Virus record (IMG/VR): IMGVR_UViG_3300042898_002099
Direction: 5' to 3' (one strand)
Length of the DNA: 64,000 nucleotides
Source of the DNA: a virus
Shown: positions 36,847 to 45,536 of the stretch, piece by piece
How positions within the stretch are numbered: the stretch's first letter is position 1
Layout of the letters: each line of letters begins with the position of its first letter
Program-made: the position numbers and the translations under genes
Notes under the pieces: generated by a model
Databases searched by the model: none
What the model saw: the letters and a program-made list of their open reading frames with translations, nothing else
Told to the model about the DNA's origin: nothing

Positions 36847-37860
36847 TTAATTTGGATGAGGAATAGAATCCACAATATTTGTCAATGATTGATCAAATGT
36901 GTACTTAGGTGTCCATCCAAGGTCGTTTCCTATATTATTTATGCTAGGAACACGACTTGTAACGTCTTGATACCCTGCACCGTAAAATTCTCCGCTAGAT
37001 TTAACACTAATTGTAGCTTTTTGTTTAGTTAATCCTGCATCTTCTAATTGATCAATTACTTTTAAAGCAACTTCTCTTACAGATAGATTATTCCATGGAT
37101 TGCCTACATTATAAATTTTACCATTAGATATTTCTTCATTTAGAAGAATTTCTTTTAACGCTCCAACGCCATCTCTAACATCTGTAAAGCATCGTTTCTG
37201 ATGACCACCATCGACCAATGTTACTTCACCCCTAAATAAAGCATCTCCGATTAATTGTGTAATTAATCTTGAAGAACCTTCTGATGTTGCTTCTAATGTA
37301 TCAAGATAAGGGCCTACCCAGTTAAATGGTCTAAATAATGTAAAGCGGAAACCGTCTCGTTGATTCATCGCAAAGATTACACGATCAAGCAATTGTTTGG
37401 AGCAAGCATAAATCCAACGAGAATACTTAATAGGACCATATACCAAATCTGTAGTCTCTTCGTCAAACGGTGCTTCACCTTTACCATACACTTCAGAAGT
37501 AGATGGGAATAAAACACGCTTACCTAATTTTTGTGCCAATTTAATTACACGAAGATTTTCTTCAAAGTCTAATTCAAACACGCGCATTGGTTGTTCAACA
37601 TATAGCTTAGGTGTAGCAATAGCAACAAATGGTAATAACACATCGCATTCTTCAATTAACTTATCAATAATATTATGATCTTCCATAATATTCAATTGAT
37701 GGAATTCAAAACGATCATCCTGTGGTAACATATCGGTGCGAGTCTTATACTTGTCGACACCTACAATTTTTACATCGCTAAAACGATCATCTGCTAAAAT
37801 CGAATTACTCAAGTGATATCCGATAAATCCATCAGATCCTAAAATTAAAATTTTCATCAT
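36847..37860 (-). CDS. arnA: UDP-glucuronic acid oxidase/decarboxylase (stand-alone ArnA C-terminal domain)
   Basis: G.DGFIG, LP.VAIATP..YV.QP.RVFELDFE.NL, FPSTSEVYG, RWIYACSKQL.DRVI, TLFRPFNW.GP, EGSSR, GYQDV..RVP. Confidence 0.88.
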   Translation of the reverse strand: MMKILILGSDGFIGYHLSNSILADDRFSDVKIVGVDKYKTRTDMLPQDDRFEFHQLNIMEDHNIIDKLIEECDVLLPFVAIATPKLYVEQPMRVFELDFEENLRVIKLAQKLGKRVLFPSTSEVYGKGEAPFDEETTDLVYGPIKYSRWIYACSKQLLDRVIFAMNQRDGFRFTLFRPFNWVGPYLDTLEATSEGSSRLITQLIGDALFRGEVTLVDGGHQKRCFTDVRDGVGALKEILLNEEISNGKIYNVGNPWNNLSVREVALKVIDQLEDAGLTKQKATISVKSSGEFYGAGYQDVTSRVPSINNIGNDLGWTPKYTFDQSLTNIVDSIPHPN

Positions 37861-38603
37861 AACCTTTCAAGTCTTATTTTCTTTTCATTAGAAACAATCT
37901 CATTAATCATTTTACTCACGGTGTCTTCACCTCTAGAGGACAAAATAATTTTTTGCTTGTCTCTTTTACTTTTCATTGTCATACTGTTCATAGCTTTAGT
38001 AATAATAAACTCGCCAGTATATAATTCTGTTTCTATTTGTATTTTCAATCTTCTTTGAAATTGCTTTGAAATGTTTACTGTAGAAATATCATCTATAATA
38101 TACTCACCGTATTCATTATGGTATATTTCAACATTTTTGTTTTTTAGATATGAATCTAAAGACGCAATGTGATACAGATATTCAGAAACAGTATTTCTTT
38201 CAATACCCCAATTATAAGTACATTTTATAACTTTGTCAACATCTAAACCAGATGTTAATTGGTCAAAAATTATAGAATATCTATGTTGTGATAAAATATA
38301 TGTAGGTATACCTTTAACAAGTGCAGATGCTTCTTGTTTTTCGGCACTACTTGAAAATCCTTTTTCTACATATATCTTAGTGGGCTGTAACTCTAAGCAA
38401 TCTTTAAGATCACTTAGATGTTTGTCTGTTGCAGATGCGATGTAAATAGGTAATCCCCGATATGAGGCTTTTTTAATGGCCTCTCGGGAATATGTATTTT
38501 CTGATTTTTTACTACCAACATAAATGGGTTTAATTCTGTGACTCAATAATTTAGAGCCTAAAACTCCTGCCCATTTACCGGTACCATAGATTATTGCATG
38601 CAG
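37857..38603 (-). CDS. Gfo/Idh/MocA-like NAD(P)-dependent oxidoreductase (start revised to CTG 38603)
   Basis: Extension restores the Rossmann motif AIIYGTGKWA; IASAT..H and YVEKG (EKP-like); GAGGAG SD 7 nt before CTG. Confidence 0.6.
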   Translation of the reverse strand: MHAIIYGTGKWAGVLGSKLLSHRIKPIYVGSKKSENTYSREAIKKASYRGLPIYIASATDKHLSDLKDCLELQPTKIYVEKGFSSSAEKQEASALVKGIPTYILSQHRYSIIFDQLTSGLDVDKVIKCTYNWGIERNTVSEYLYHIASLDSYLKNKNVEIYHNEYGEYIIDDISTVNISKQFQRRLKIQIETELYTGEFIITKAMNSMTMKSKRDKQKIILSSRGEDTVSKMINEIVSNEKKIRLERL

Positions 38604-39736
38604 AGTATTTCTCCTCGATGTCCTCTACTTACTAATTTAGCTTTAATGTCATCAAATACATTCCATGCTACAACAAAAACAAGTGCATCTTTATCTAAAT
38701 CTTCTGGGCTAGTAATTAACTTATCTGTCCCTGGGAAATAGTAGCCTTGTTTTAACTCATTGTCGTCAACAACACCTGTTAGTTTAGAATTAACTAAATG
38801 TAATGTATATAATGATGTTACTGCTTTTGCGGCCGCACCATAAGCAACAAAAGGTCTATCATTTAATAAAGCTTTCATTCGATCTTCACGATCAGAGTTA
38901 TATTGCTCTACATCTTTTTTAGTTTGTTCCCAATCTACATTAGGCTTAACAACATCAGAAACGCCGCTCAATTTTCTAGCATAGATCCTAAAACTAACAC
39001 CATGGGTGTTAATTGCGATATGTTTTTCTACAATTAATCCAGCGCGCTCTAAAAGTTTAGAGAATGAGTATGGGGAATAGTAATCAATGTGTTCGTGATA
39101 AACATTGTCTAAGAACTTTCCGCTTAGAATACCCGACTGGTCACCACACTCTACAACTAATACGCCACCTGGTTTTAACGCATTTGAAATAGCTTTAACA
39201 ACATCTAATGTGTCAGGAATATGTGCAAGTACATTGTTTGCCAGGATAAAATCAAAGTTGTTTTCCCATGCTTGTGTTTTAACTAAAGATGTAGTAAAGA
39301 AATCTGTAATTACAGGAATATTTTTACTTGTATGTTCTTCGATTAAATATTCGGATGGCTCAACCCCGACAACTTCCATGCCATATTCTTCTTTAAATTG
39401 TTGTAGCAAATAACCATCGTTGCTACCAATCTCAAGAACTTTATTTGCACTACCTGCCCCATACCGTGTACAAACATTTTCAGCATAGCTTTCAAAATGT
39501 TTTCTAAATGAAGCTGATACTCCAGATTTATACTTGTATGTTGAAAATACGTGGTCTGGGTCTGGAGCAGATGCCAATTGCATATGACCGCAATCAGAAC
39601 AACGATTTAGTTCTAATGGGTGTCTGTAAAAATCTGGTTCAGAGAAAAGAGCATTGGCTACCGGAGAATTCGGTAATGCTAGCCAGTGCTTTAGATCATT
39701 ACTGCCGCAACAACGGCAAACATCATACTTCAACAT
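38591..39736 (-). CDS. NDP-sugar C-methyltransferase (Zn-binding, SAM-dependent; start likely 39736)
   Basis: CRCC...CSDC..QL, VLEIGSNDG.LL, GVEPS, NVLAH, YHEH..Y, YGAAAK, VDDN..KQG...PG. Confidence 0.9.
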   Translation of the reverse strand: MLKYDVCRCCGSNDLKHWLALPNSPVANALFSEPDFYRHPLELNRCSDCGHMQLASAPDPDHVFSTYKYKSGVSASFRKHFESYAENVCTRYGAGSANKVLEIGSNDGYLLQQFKEEYGMEVVGVEPSEYLIEEHTSKNIPVITDFFTTSLVKTQAWENNFDFILANNVLAHIPDTLDVVKAISNALKPGGVLVVECGDQSGILSGKFLDNVYHEHIDYYSPYSFSKLLERAGLIVEKHIAINTHGVSFRIYARKLSGVSDVVKPNVDWEQTKKDVEQYNSDREDRMKALLNDRPFVAYGAAAKAVTSLYTLHLVNSKLTGVVDDNELKQGYYFPGTDKLITSPEDLDKDALVFVVAWNVFDDIKAKLVSRGHRGEILCMQ

Positions 39737-40118
39737 ATTGTTCGTGCAATGGTGCAATTTTTACAATATCTTCATCATATGTAGTTGCATCTCGCTTGTG
39801 TTCTGAGATAACTACCATGATAGAATCAGTTTCAAAAACCATCTCATGGTCAATCATAGGACCCGTCTTGAACATATCACCTTTGCTATAGTGCTCACGA
39901 TGGATCTTTGTTTCACCATGGTTGCGCCAGTAGAACATCATTTCACCTGATACTAGATAGCAGGTATGTGTGTCTGTTTTGTGATAGTGATTGGCACGAA
40001 GTGCGCCTGGCTTAGACCAAATCATTTGGACATTAGCGTCGCCATGTGTAAGGGGGAGAATTGTGCCGCGGTCGTCTGTGTAGCCTTGCTCAACCGGTAC
40101 TCGATGTGTTTCTGTCAT
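39723..40118 (-). CDS. Cupin, NDP-keto-sugar epimerase/isomerase-like
   Basis: D.RG.I, RANHYHK, H...F; adjacent to the C-methyltransferase. Confidence 0.75.
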   Translation of the reverse strand: MTETHRVPVEQGYTDDRGTILPLTHGDANVQMIWSKPGALRANHYHKTDTHTCYLVSGEMMFYWRNHGETKIHREHYSKGDMFKTGPMIDHEMVFETDSIMVVISEHKRDATTYDEDIVKIAPLHEQYVEV

Positions 40119-40127
40119 AATTGCCTT

Positions 40128-40670
40128 TCAATTAAATTCATACCAAGATGGTATAGTTCTTTTTTTCCAATTCGCTAAATGCTTTTTAGCACCTACATAA
40201 TAATTTATATACGATTGTATTGAGTTATTTTTAACTCTATATTCTTCTGGCATTGCAGGTGTAGGTTCAGTAAATCCTACACCTTTAGGAATATGTGTTG
40301 GTGGCGCGCGTAATGCATCTATTAGTCGAGCAGTCGCATGAATTTTACCATACCTATAAGTATATTCGTTTAATACTGCAATTAATAATTTATATAACCA
40401 TTCATAATTTTCATAAGAATGTCTTACCCAAATTGCTGAAGGATGATTGGCATGAGTAGAACGGTACAAAGTATATTCACGCTCATCGGAAAGAATGTAT
40501 TTGGTTTGTTTTCGATTAGTTTTACTGACACCCACAGATTGAGTACCATCAAGAATACGATGAGCAGTAGAAAGAAGTTGAGCATATTCTAAAATCATTT
40601 TAACGACATGCTTGTCGTTATGTAATTCAGCGCAAGTTTTAGGGTCATGATGTAAATAAAAAATATTCAT
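40128..40670 (-). CDS. Pyrimidine dimer DNA glycosylase (DenV)-like protein
   Basis: MNIFYL...P...A..H.DKHVVKM.LE.AQLLSTAH, H.NHP...W.R, EYTYRYGK.H, AMP. Confidence 0.75.
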   Translation of the reverse strand: MNIFYLHHDPKTCAELHNDKHVVKMILEYAQLLSTAHRILDGTQSVGVSKTNRKQTKYILSDEREYTLYRSTHANHPSAIWVRHSYENYEWLYKLLIAVLNEYTYRYGKIHATARLIDALRAPPTHIPKGVGFTEPTPAMPEEYRVKNNSIQSYINYYVGAKKHLANWKKRTIPSWYEFN

Positions 40671-40936
40671 AAAGTTTCTATAGATTTCAATATGTCTGCA
40701 ATAATTTGTTTAGACTTATTTGACAATAGACTTGAGGATTTTGCTTCAACCAAAGATTTAATAACTGTCACAGGATCATATGACTCTAAAGTTTTATCAG
40801 TAACTTTTTCGGGCAAGTTGCCAAAAATATTTAAAGCAATAACTGTCAAAACAATCTCATCCTCAGTATACAGGGGTATTTTATACCCTTTAAATAAAGT
40901 TCGTTTCTCTGGAAATCTATAAATCTTTGCGATCAT
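40667..40936 (-). CDS. Hypothetical protein
   Basis: 89 aa; CATAAATA late-type box at 40955-40962. Confidence 0.55.
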   Translation of the reverse strand: MIAKIYRFPEKRTLFKGYKIPLYTEDEIVLTVIALNIFGNLPEKVTDKTLESYDPVTVIKSLVEAKSSSLLSNKSKQIIADILKSIETL

Positions 40937-40963
40937 AAAAGCACCTTTGCTTTTTATTTATGC

Positions 40964-42289
40964 TTACTTTACAGATTTACTTGCCTCTGCCGTACTTTTA
41001 TCTTCACGTAATTCAATAAATCTAGGTAAGAACAAACTCTCACTTTCGCCAGATCGTTCTTTAATACGTGCATTATAACGTACAGTAATAATTTTTCCTA
41101 TTACTTTTTTGTCAAACTCTGCTCGTTGTTCATCCGAATAACCAGAGCCAACATTAACACGAATAACACCGTCACTTGTTTCGCATACTAGTGCGCCTAA
41201 GCGACCTTTGTTTTTACCAGTACCTTCTTCCCAGTCAACTACCATCAGATCACATTCAAGTTCTCCCTTGAACTTAATTTGATCTTTAGATCGGCGATCT
41301 TCCCAAATACCTGTTTTGGATTTTAGAATAGTACCTTCTTGACCTTCTGCCAAGAACTTCTCAAAGATTTTTTGTGCTTCATATAAAGTATCTACTTGCT
41401 TAGTCCACACTAAATCTACATAATGTCTAAATTGGTCAAAATTAGATTTAACGTGTGAAATACAATTATTGAGTTTGCCCAATCTAACATTGTAGGGCTC
41501 TTTGTCAATACCTTGTTTGAATGAAGCATATGGAATAGCATCCCACAATGTAGCTCGTACGTTTTCAGCTTCAGTATTACTCATTGTACCTTTAATTGCT
41601 TTAGATAAAATGCCGTTACCTGTTTGTCTATTAACTGGTTTACCTGCATAATCTGCAACTAACAATTCACCATCGAATACCATATCATCTTTATAGAATT
41701 CTGCCATCTTAATAAATGGTATTGGGAATGATGGATTAGGAATAGTTATTTCCTTACCATTGCGTGATCTAAATTCTACTACGCCGTCTTTGACGATTGC
41801 ATTGAATCGCATTCCGTCGAGCTTGAGCTGACAAAGCGCGGGGAGTGCGATTTTGTCGACAAGCTTTTGGTCGTATCCAGAAGCCAACATAACTGGGTAT
41901 GTCGAAATAATACCGGGCCAAATTTTATTTGCTGTGGCTTCGGAGACTCCGCAACGGAGGTCTTTTGCAATAACACGCTCAATGATTTTGGCATTTTCTT
42001 TACTCAAGTTAGATAGAACATTACGTAGATGTGAAATAGCATTGTTGCCTGTTACTGTTCGACTAGACAATAGTGATAAATCATCTAATGCCTGTTCCAA
42101 AGTTTTGCTCTCTGAAACAAAATCGTAACTTGGAATTTTTCTAATGTAGAATTGAATGAACGGGTCAAGTGCAAGATAGAAAACTTGTTTAAGTGTTTTG
42201 TTATCTTTGTTTTTAACAAGAATTGCTTCTTTAGCTAAACGGGAATTATCATTTGCTAATTGTTCAAATATATTATAGATCATACTCAT
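40964..42289 (-). CDS. gp30: ATP-dependent DNA ligase gp30
   Basis: KLDGMR, FDGEL, EG.ILK, W...RS....KFK, VGSG.SD..R, LFLPRF...R.DK. Confidence 0.95.
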   Translation of the reverse strand: MSMIYNIFEQLANDNSRLAKEAILVKNKDNKTLKQVFYLALDPFIQFYIRKIPSYDFVSESKTLEQALDDLSLLSSRTVTGNNAISHLRNVLSNLSKENAKIIERVIAKDLRCGVSEATANKIWPGIISTYPVMLASGYDQKLVDKIALPALCQLKLDGMRFNAIVKDGVVEFRSRNGKEITIPNPSFPIPFIKMAEFYKDDMVFDGELLVADYAGKPVNRQTGNGILSKAIKGTMSNTEAENVRATLWDAIPYASFKQGIDKEPYNVRLGKLNNCISHVKSNFDQFRHYVDLVWTKQVDTLYEAQKIFEKFLAEGQEGTILKSKTGIWEDRRSKDQIKFKGELECDLMVVDWEEGTGKNKGRLGALVCETSDGVIRVNVGSGYSDEQRAEFDKKVIGKIITVRYNARIKERSGESESLFLPRFIELREDKSTAEASKSVK

Positions 42290-42309
42290 TTTTTCTCCTT
42301 AACAATACT

Positions 42310-42338
42310 ATTATAACACCATATTAAAAAGGTGTCAA
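42310..42338 (-). promoter_or_regulatory. Sigma70 promoter upstream of ligase
   Basis: TTGACA-17-TATAAT. Confidence 0.85.
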
Positions 42339-42532
42339 GCATTATATGGGATAAATGGATTAAATTGTGGATTAATTGAAAAAGAAACCTTATATTTTGG
42401 TTCATTCGCAATTACCGTCTTTTTAATCTCTTCGATTTTCTCTAAACTAGCATAAACACCTATAATACCTTTTCGTTTTACACGATTAATATTATCCAAA
42501 TACTTAGCTTCGAGAATAAATTGGTTAAACAT
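42335..42532 (-). CDS. Hypothetical protein (start likely 42532)
   Basis: MFNQF directly follows the upstream stop. Confidence 0.5.
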   Translation of the reverse strand: MFNQFILEAKYLDNINRVKRKGIIGVYASLEKIEEIKKTVIANEPKYKVSFSINPQFNPFIPYNA

Positions 42533-42533
42533 A

Positions 42534-42812
42534 TTAAGCAGTTTCTTTAGCCATTGTAGTGGTATTAGTAATAGCTTGATACATTGATTCAAACTCTTCG
42601 TGTTCCTCTAGCTCAAGACTAAAGTTTTGCTTGTGATAAACTCGTGCCATACGACGGAATGTCTTTTTAGACAATAGTTGTTTCTCACAAATTTCGTTGA
42701 TAGCTTCTCGAATGAATTCACGTTCGCCTTCGATGCGTGTCATCGATGAACTAACTTCTTTCATGCAATCTAAAATTGCTTTACGATCTACTGGGCTGGA
42801 TGGGATTGTCAT
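42534..42812 (-). CDS. dsDNA-binding protein / transcriptional regulator (T4 DsbA-like)
   Basis: E.S.SMTR...E...I.E.......K..F.RMA.VYHKQNF. Confidence 0.65.
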   Translation of the reverse strand: MTIPSSPVDRKAILDCMKEVSSSMTRIEGEREFIREAINEICEKQLLSKKTFRRMARVYHKQNFSLELEEHEEFESMYQAITNTTTMAKETA

Positions 42813-42814
42813 AA

Positions 42815-43582
42815 TTAAGGTTTCCTTTCAATATCATCTTCAATACAATTATCGCCATACTGGATTTCGATAATCTTCAATGGGACTTCAGCTTCATTGC
42901 AAAGCTGATGCCACTCTGTTTTGCCAATATGTAGACTTTCAAATTTCTCATAAGTCCCTTTTAGCTCAACATCTGTGCTTCGATTTAAACTATAAACCGT
43001 AGCTGTTCCTTCTGCAACGAACCAATGTTCTCCACGATCTTTATGTCGTTGCATGCTTAAACATTTACCAGGATCAACAGTAAGTTCTTTTAACTTTACT
43101 TCCTTGTCTTGTTCGTGTAGTACTCGGTAATATCCCCAAACTCGATCTGTTTTTGGGGCTTTCCATTCTTGAAGAATCCAAGAACTAGAGTTCATTTTGT
43201 TTTCGCCACCTACACCGAATAAAAATTCTAGGTTATCATCTATAATATCCATTTCCGGGATATTCTCTTTTGTACGGTCTCCACCATTAGCAAAAATAAT
43301 TTTTTCGTTAGGATATATCTCTCTAACTTTACGTATAGCATCCTTAGCAGAGTTATCATTGTCATCGAAGTTGATAACTCTGCCTATATCTTGTAAGGAA
43401 GCAACAATAGTTGCACGCTCTTCCCAGGGCATAAACGGCGAACCTTTTTTACGAGTCAACCATGCATCAGAATTTACACCCACAACTAACAAATCGCCTA
43501 ATTTTTTAGCTGATTTAAAATATTCGATATGACCAGAATGAATTGGATCGAAACCACCTGTTACTAAAACTATTGTTCTCAT
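42815..43582 (-). CDS. Cytidylyltransferase-like domain fused to mannose-6-phosphate-isomerase-type cupin
   Basis: GGFDPIHSGH, NSD.WL.RKKG, FANGGDR, SSS; R.WG.Y, LS.Q.H..R.EHW.V..G, IIEIQYG..C.E.DI.R. Confidence 0.88.
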   Translation of the reverse strand: MRTIVLVTGGFDPIHSGHIEYFKSAKKLGDLLVVGVNSDAWLTRKKGSPFMPWEERATIVASLQDIGRVINFDDNDNSAKDAIRKVREIYPNEKIIFANGGDRTKENIPEMDIIDDNLEFLFGVGGENKMNSSSWILQEWKAPKTDRVWGYYRVLHEQDKEVKLKELTVDPGKCLSMQRHKDRGEHWFVAEGTATVYSLNRSTDVELKGTYEKFESLHIGKTEWHQLCNEAEVPLKIIEIQYGDNCIEDDIERKP

Positions 43583-43971
43583 TAGCGCCTCATACTTGAA
43601 ATAGATTTTGCCTCATCATCACTAAAGATAGGCACAGCATTGGATTTGTGCATAGTACCAATACCGATAATGTTAGTGCCAGTATACTGAGGAATACCCT
43701 TAGTACAAACTGCACCACTATGACCGGTGTCTAAACTCTTAATGTGATTGCTTGTTTGCCTGCCCGCAGGAGCAGATAAAGTATATGATAAAGACTCGAA
43801 TGTCTTTTCTACTTTTTTCTTTTGAATTGCTTGCCCGTGTTGAGCAAGTACTTGTTGCCAGCTGCCATCAAGGTCACGAGCACGCTTTGCTTCTTCAGCA
43901 GAACGATACTTGTGTTTGCCTTTTTTCTTACCGTTTGTAGATAACCAGGGTCCAACAATATGCATTGTCAT
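43582..43971 (-). CDS. Conserved T4-like hypothetical protein
   Basis: YTG...IGI.TMHKSNAVP.F...A..IS.MRR. Confidence 0.75.
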   Translation of the reverse strand: MTMHIVGPWLSTNGKKKGKHKYRSAEEAKRARDLDGSWQQVLAQHGQAIQKKKVEKTFESLSYTLSAPAGRQTSNHIKSLDTGHSGAVCTKGIPQYTGTNIIGIGTMHKSNAVPIFSDDEAKSISSMRR

Positions 43972-43994
43972 AAAAACTCCATTACGAATAATTA

Positions 43995-44023
43995 ATTATA
44001 ACATCTTTTGACGATGTTGTCAA
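43995..44023 (-). promoter_or_regulatory. Sigma70 promoter
   Basis: TTGACA-17-TATAAT. Confidence 0.85.
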
Positions 44024-44136
44024 GTCTTATCAAAAGCCCTAAATTTATGTTCAAGAAACATTCTACTATCGTGATTAGGATCGTCGGGAATCGTTCCTTG
44101 ATCTGACCATTGTTCTTTTGGCACAGAAACTGGTTT

Positions 44137-44196
44137 TTCTTTGAACCAGGTCAGGATGCGTTCAAAGAATCCGTCTTTTTTGCCTTCGGTTCTCCC
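44137..44196 (-). promoter_or_regulatory. dnaX-type programmed -1 frameshift signal
   Basis: GGGAG, 10 nt, in-frame A_AAA_AAG (44181-44175), 5 nt, 10-bp stem TTCTTTGAAC/GTTCAAAGAA. Confidence 0.75.
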
Positions 44197-44642
44197 AATG
44201 GCGGAATGATTGGCTTATTAGGCAATAGACCAGGAAAAGCTTCTCTTACCAAATCTTCTTTCAATGATTTGTATTTAGTTTGTAGTTTTCTATCTTTAGC
44301 TAGACACACTGCTTCAGCTTCTGTCCAATGAATGCCTTCAAGCAATTGAATAAACAACTGCTCTTTTCTAGCGCGAGTCAAATTAACATCATTTTGTAAC
44401 CAAATATAAAAACGTCTAAATTCTACATAAAGATTTGACTCAGAATAACCTGCAGGTATAGATGTATCCTTTTTGTAAGGAGGCTCACCTTCAGGTAAAC
44501 TCATTTTAACATTTGGATCAAAATTAATTTGCAACATCCCTTTTAGAATAGGATGGTCATATGCTCTTAATGTTTTAATCTTGGCTTCTTTGGAGCCAGC
44601 CTTTTCAACTTCATCAAAAATCTGTGGGATAGATGTTTTCAC
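44151..44642 (-). CDS. Conserved T4-like hypothetical protein (163 aa; 207-aa frameshift form would end at 44020)
   Basis: FDP.V...LPEG.PPY, E.LFIQLLEG.H..EA......KD; follows RNase H as in T4-like phages. Confidence 0.8.
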   Translation of the reverse strand: MKTSIPQIFDEVEKAGSKEAKIKTLRAYDHPILKGMLQINFDPNVKMSLPEGEPPYKKDTSIPAGYSESNLYVEFRRFYIWLQNDVNLTRARKEQLFIQLLEGIHWTEAEAVCLAKDRKLQTKYKSLKEDLVREAFPGLLPNKPIIPPLGEPKAKKTDSLNAS

Positions 44643-44643
44643 T

Positions 44644-45525
44644 TTAAAATTCCTCTATAACTTCTAGCATGTTCTTCATTTTATGTTCAACAAAGAAAGT
44701 TAATAATTTACTTTTATCTTTTGTCGGCTTATCGGTATAAGTATTTATAATAGATTCTTTAATTGAAGTTGGGATGCAATCAAAACTAACTAGTTTGCGA
44801 TTACGCTCATAATTTGTTTTGAACTCAGCATCCTGTGGCATAGCATCAAAATCTTTATACCATATATCCAATTTATCTTGTCTAATAGCTTTTTGTCTTG
44901 TACCGGTTACAATACTATCATCTGCAGAAAGAACATTGGGGATACCATCACCCTTGTCACCTCGAATAATATGTTCAAACAAATATTTTTCTGGGCTAAT
45001 ATCTGATTTTACATATTTCTTTTGAATAGGTGAAAATTGTTTAACATTCTCATATTTTTGCAATTGAATAAAGTCATGATCGCCTGATAATACTAAGAAT
45101 GGTTTTGGTTCTGAAAACAATACATTACTAGTATCATTTGTCTGAGACCATTCTGCCAATACTGCAATCACGTCATCTGCTTCTGCGCCATCGACATTAA
45201 TTACTTTATATGGGAAGAATACATCAATCTCACTCCTAATAAGATTCAATGCTTCGAAAATTTGTTTCCAATCCAAGCCAGATGCTTCACGAGCCTTTTT
45301 CCTGCCCGCCTTATAGAACTTAAATGCTTCTCTGCGCCAATAATTTTGATTGTCGCAAGCAATCACAATCTCGCCAAATTCTTTACCGAATTTTTGTTTA
45401 TAGCTTCTAATAGAATTTAGAATCATATGACGTAGAAGTGGTACTTGCACCTCGATGTCATTACGGCTGCCAATCTCCATCATAAGATTAGAGATGGCTG
45501 TTTGATTAAAGTCAACTACGATCAT
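44644..45525 (-). CDS. rnh: T4-type RNase H (5'-3' exonuclease)
   Basis: VD.NQ, LRHMILNS, YWR...F..YKA.RK, EADD.I, SGD.DF.QL, GD.GDGIPN. Confidence 0.95.
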   Translation of the reverse strand: MIVVDFNQTAISNLMMEIGSRNDIEVQVPLLRHMILNSIRSYKQKFGKEFGEIVIACDNQNYWRREAFKFYKAGRKKAREASGLDWKQIFEALNLIRSEIDVFFPYKVINVDGAEADDVIAVLAEWSQTNDTSNVLFSEPKPFLVLSGDHDFIQLQKYENVKQFSPIQKKYVKSDISPEKYLFEHIIRGDKGDGIPNVLSADDSIVTGTRQKAIRQDKLDIWYKDFDAMPQDAEFKTNYERNRKLVSFDCIPTSIKESIINTYTDKPTKDKSKLLTFFVEHKMKNMLEVIEEF

Positions 45526-45536
45526 GATATATTTTC

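Noticed and set aside
36847-37860. L-Ara4N lipid A modification (polymyxin resistance) pathway
   Set aside because: No ArnB, formyltransferase, ArnC or ArnT in the window; neighbours point to a different sugar
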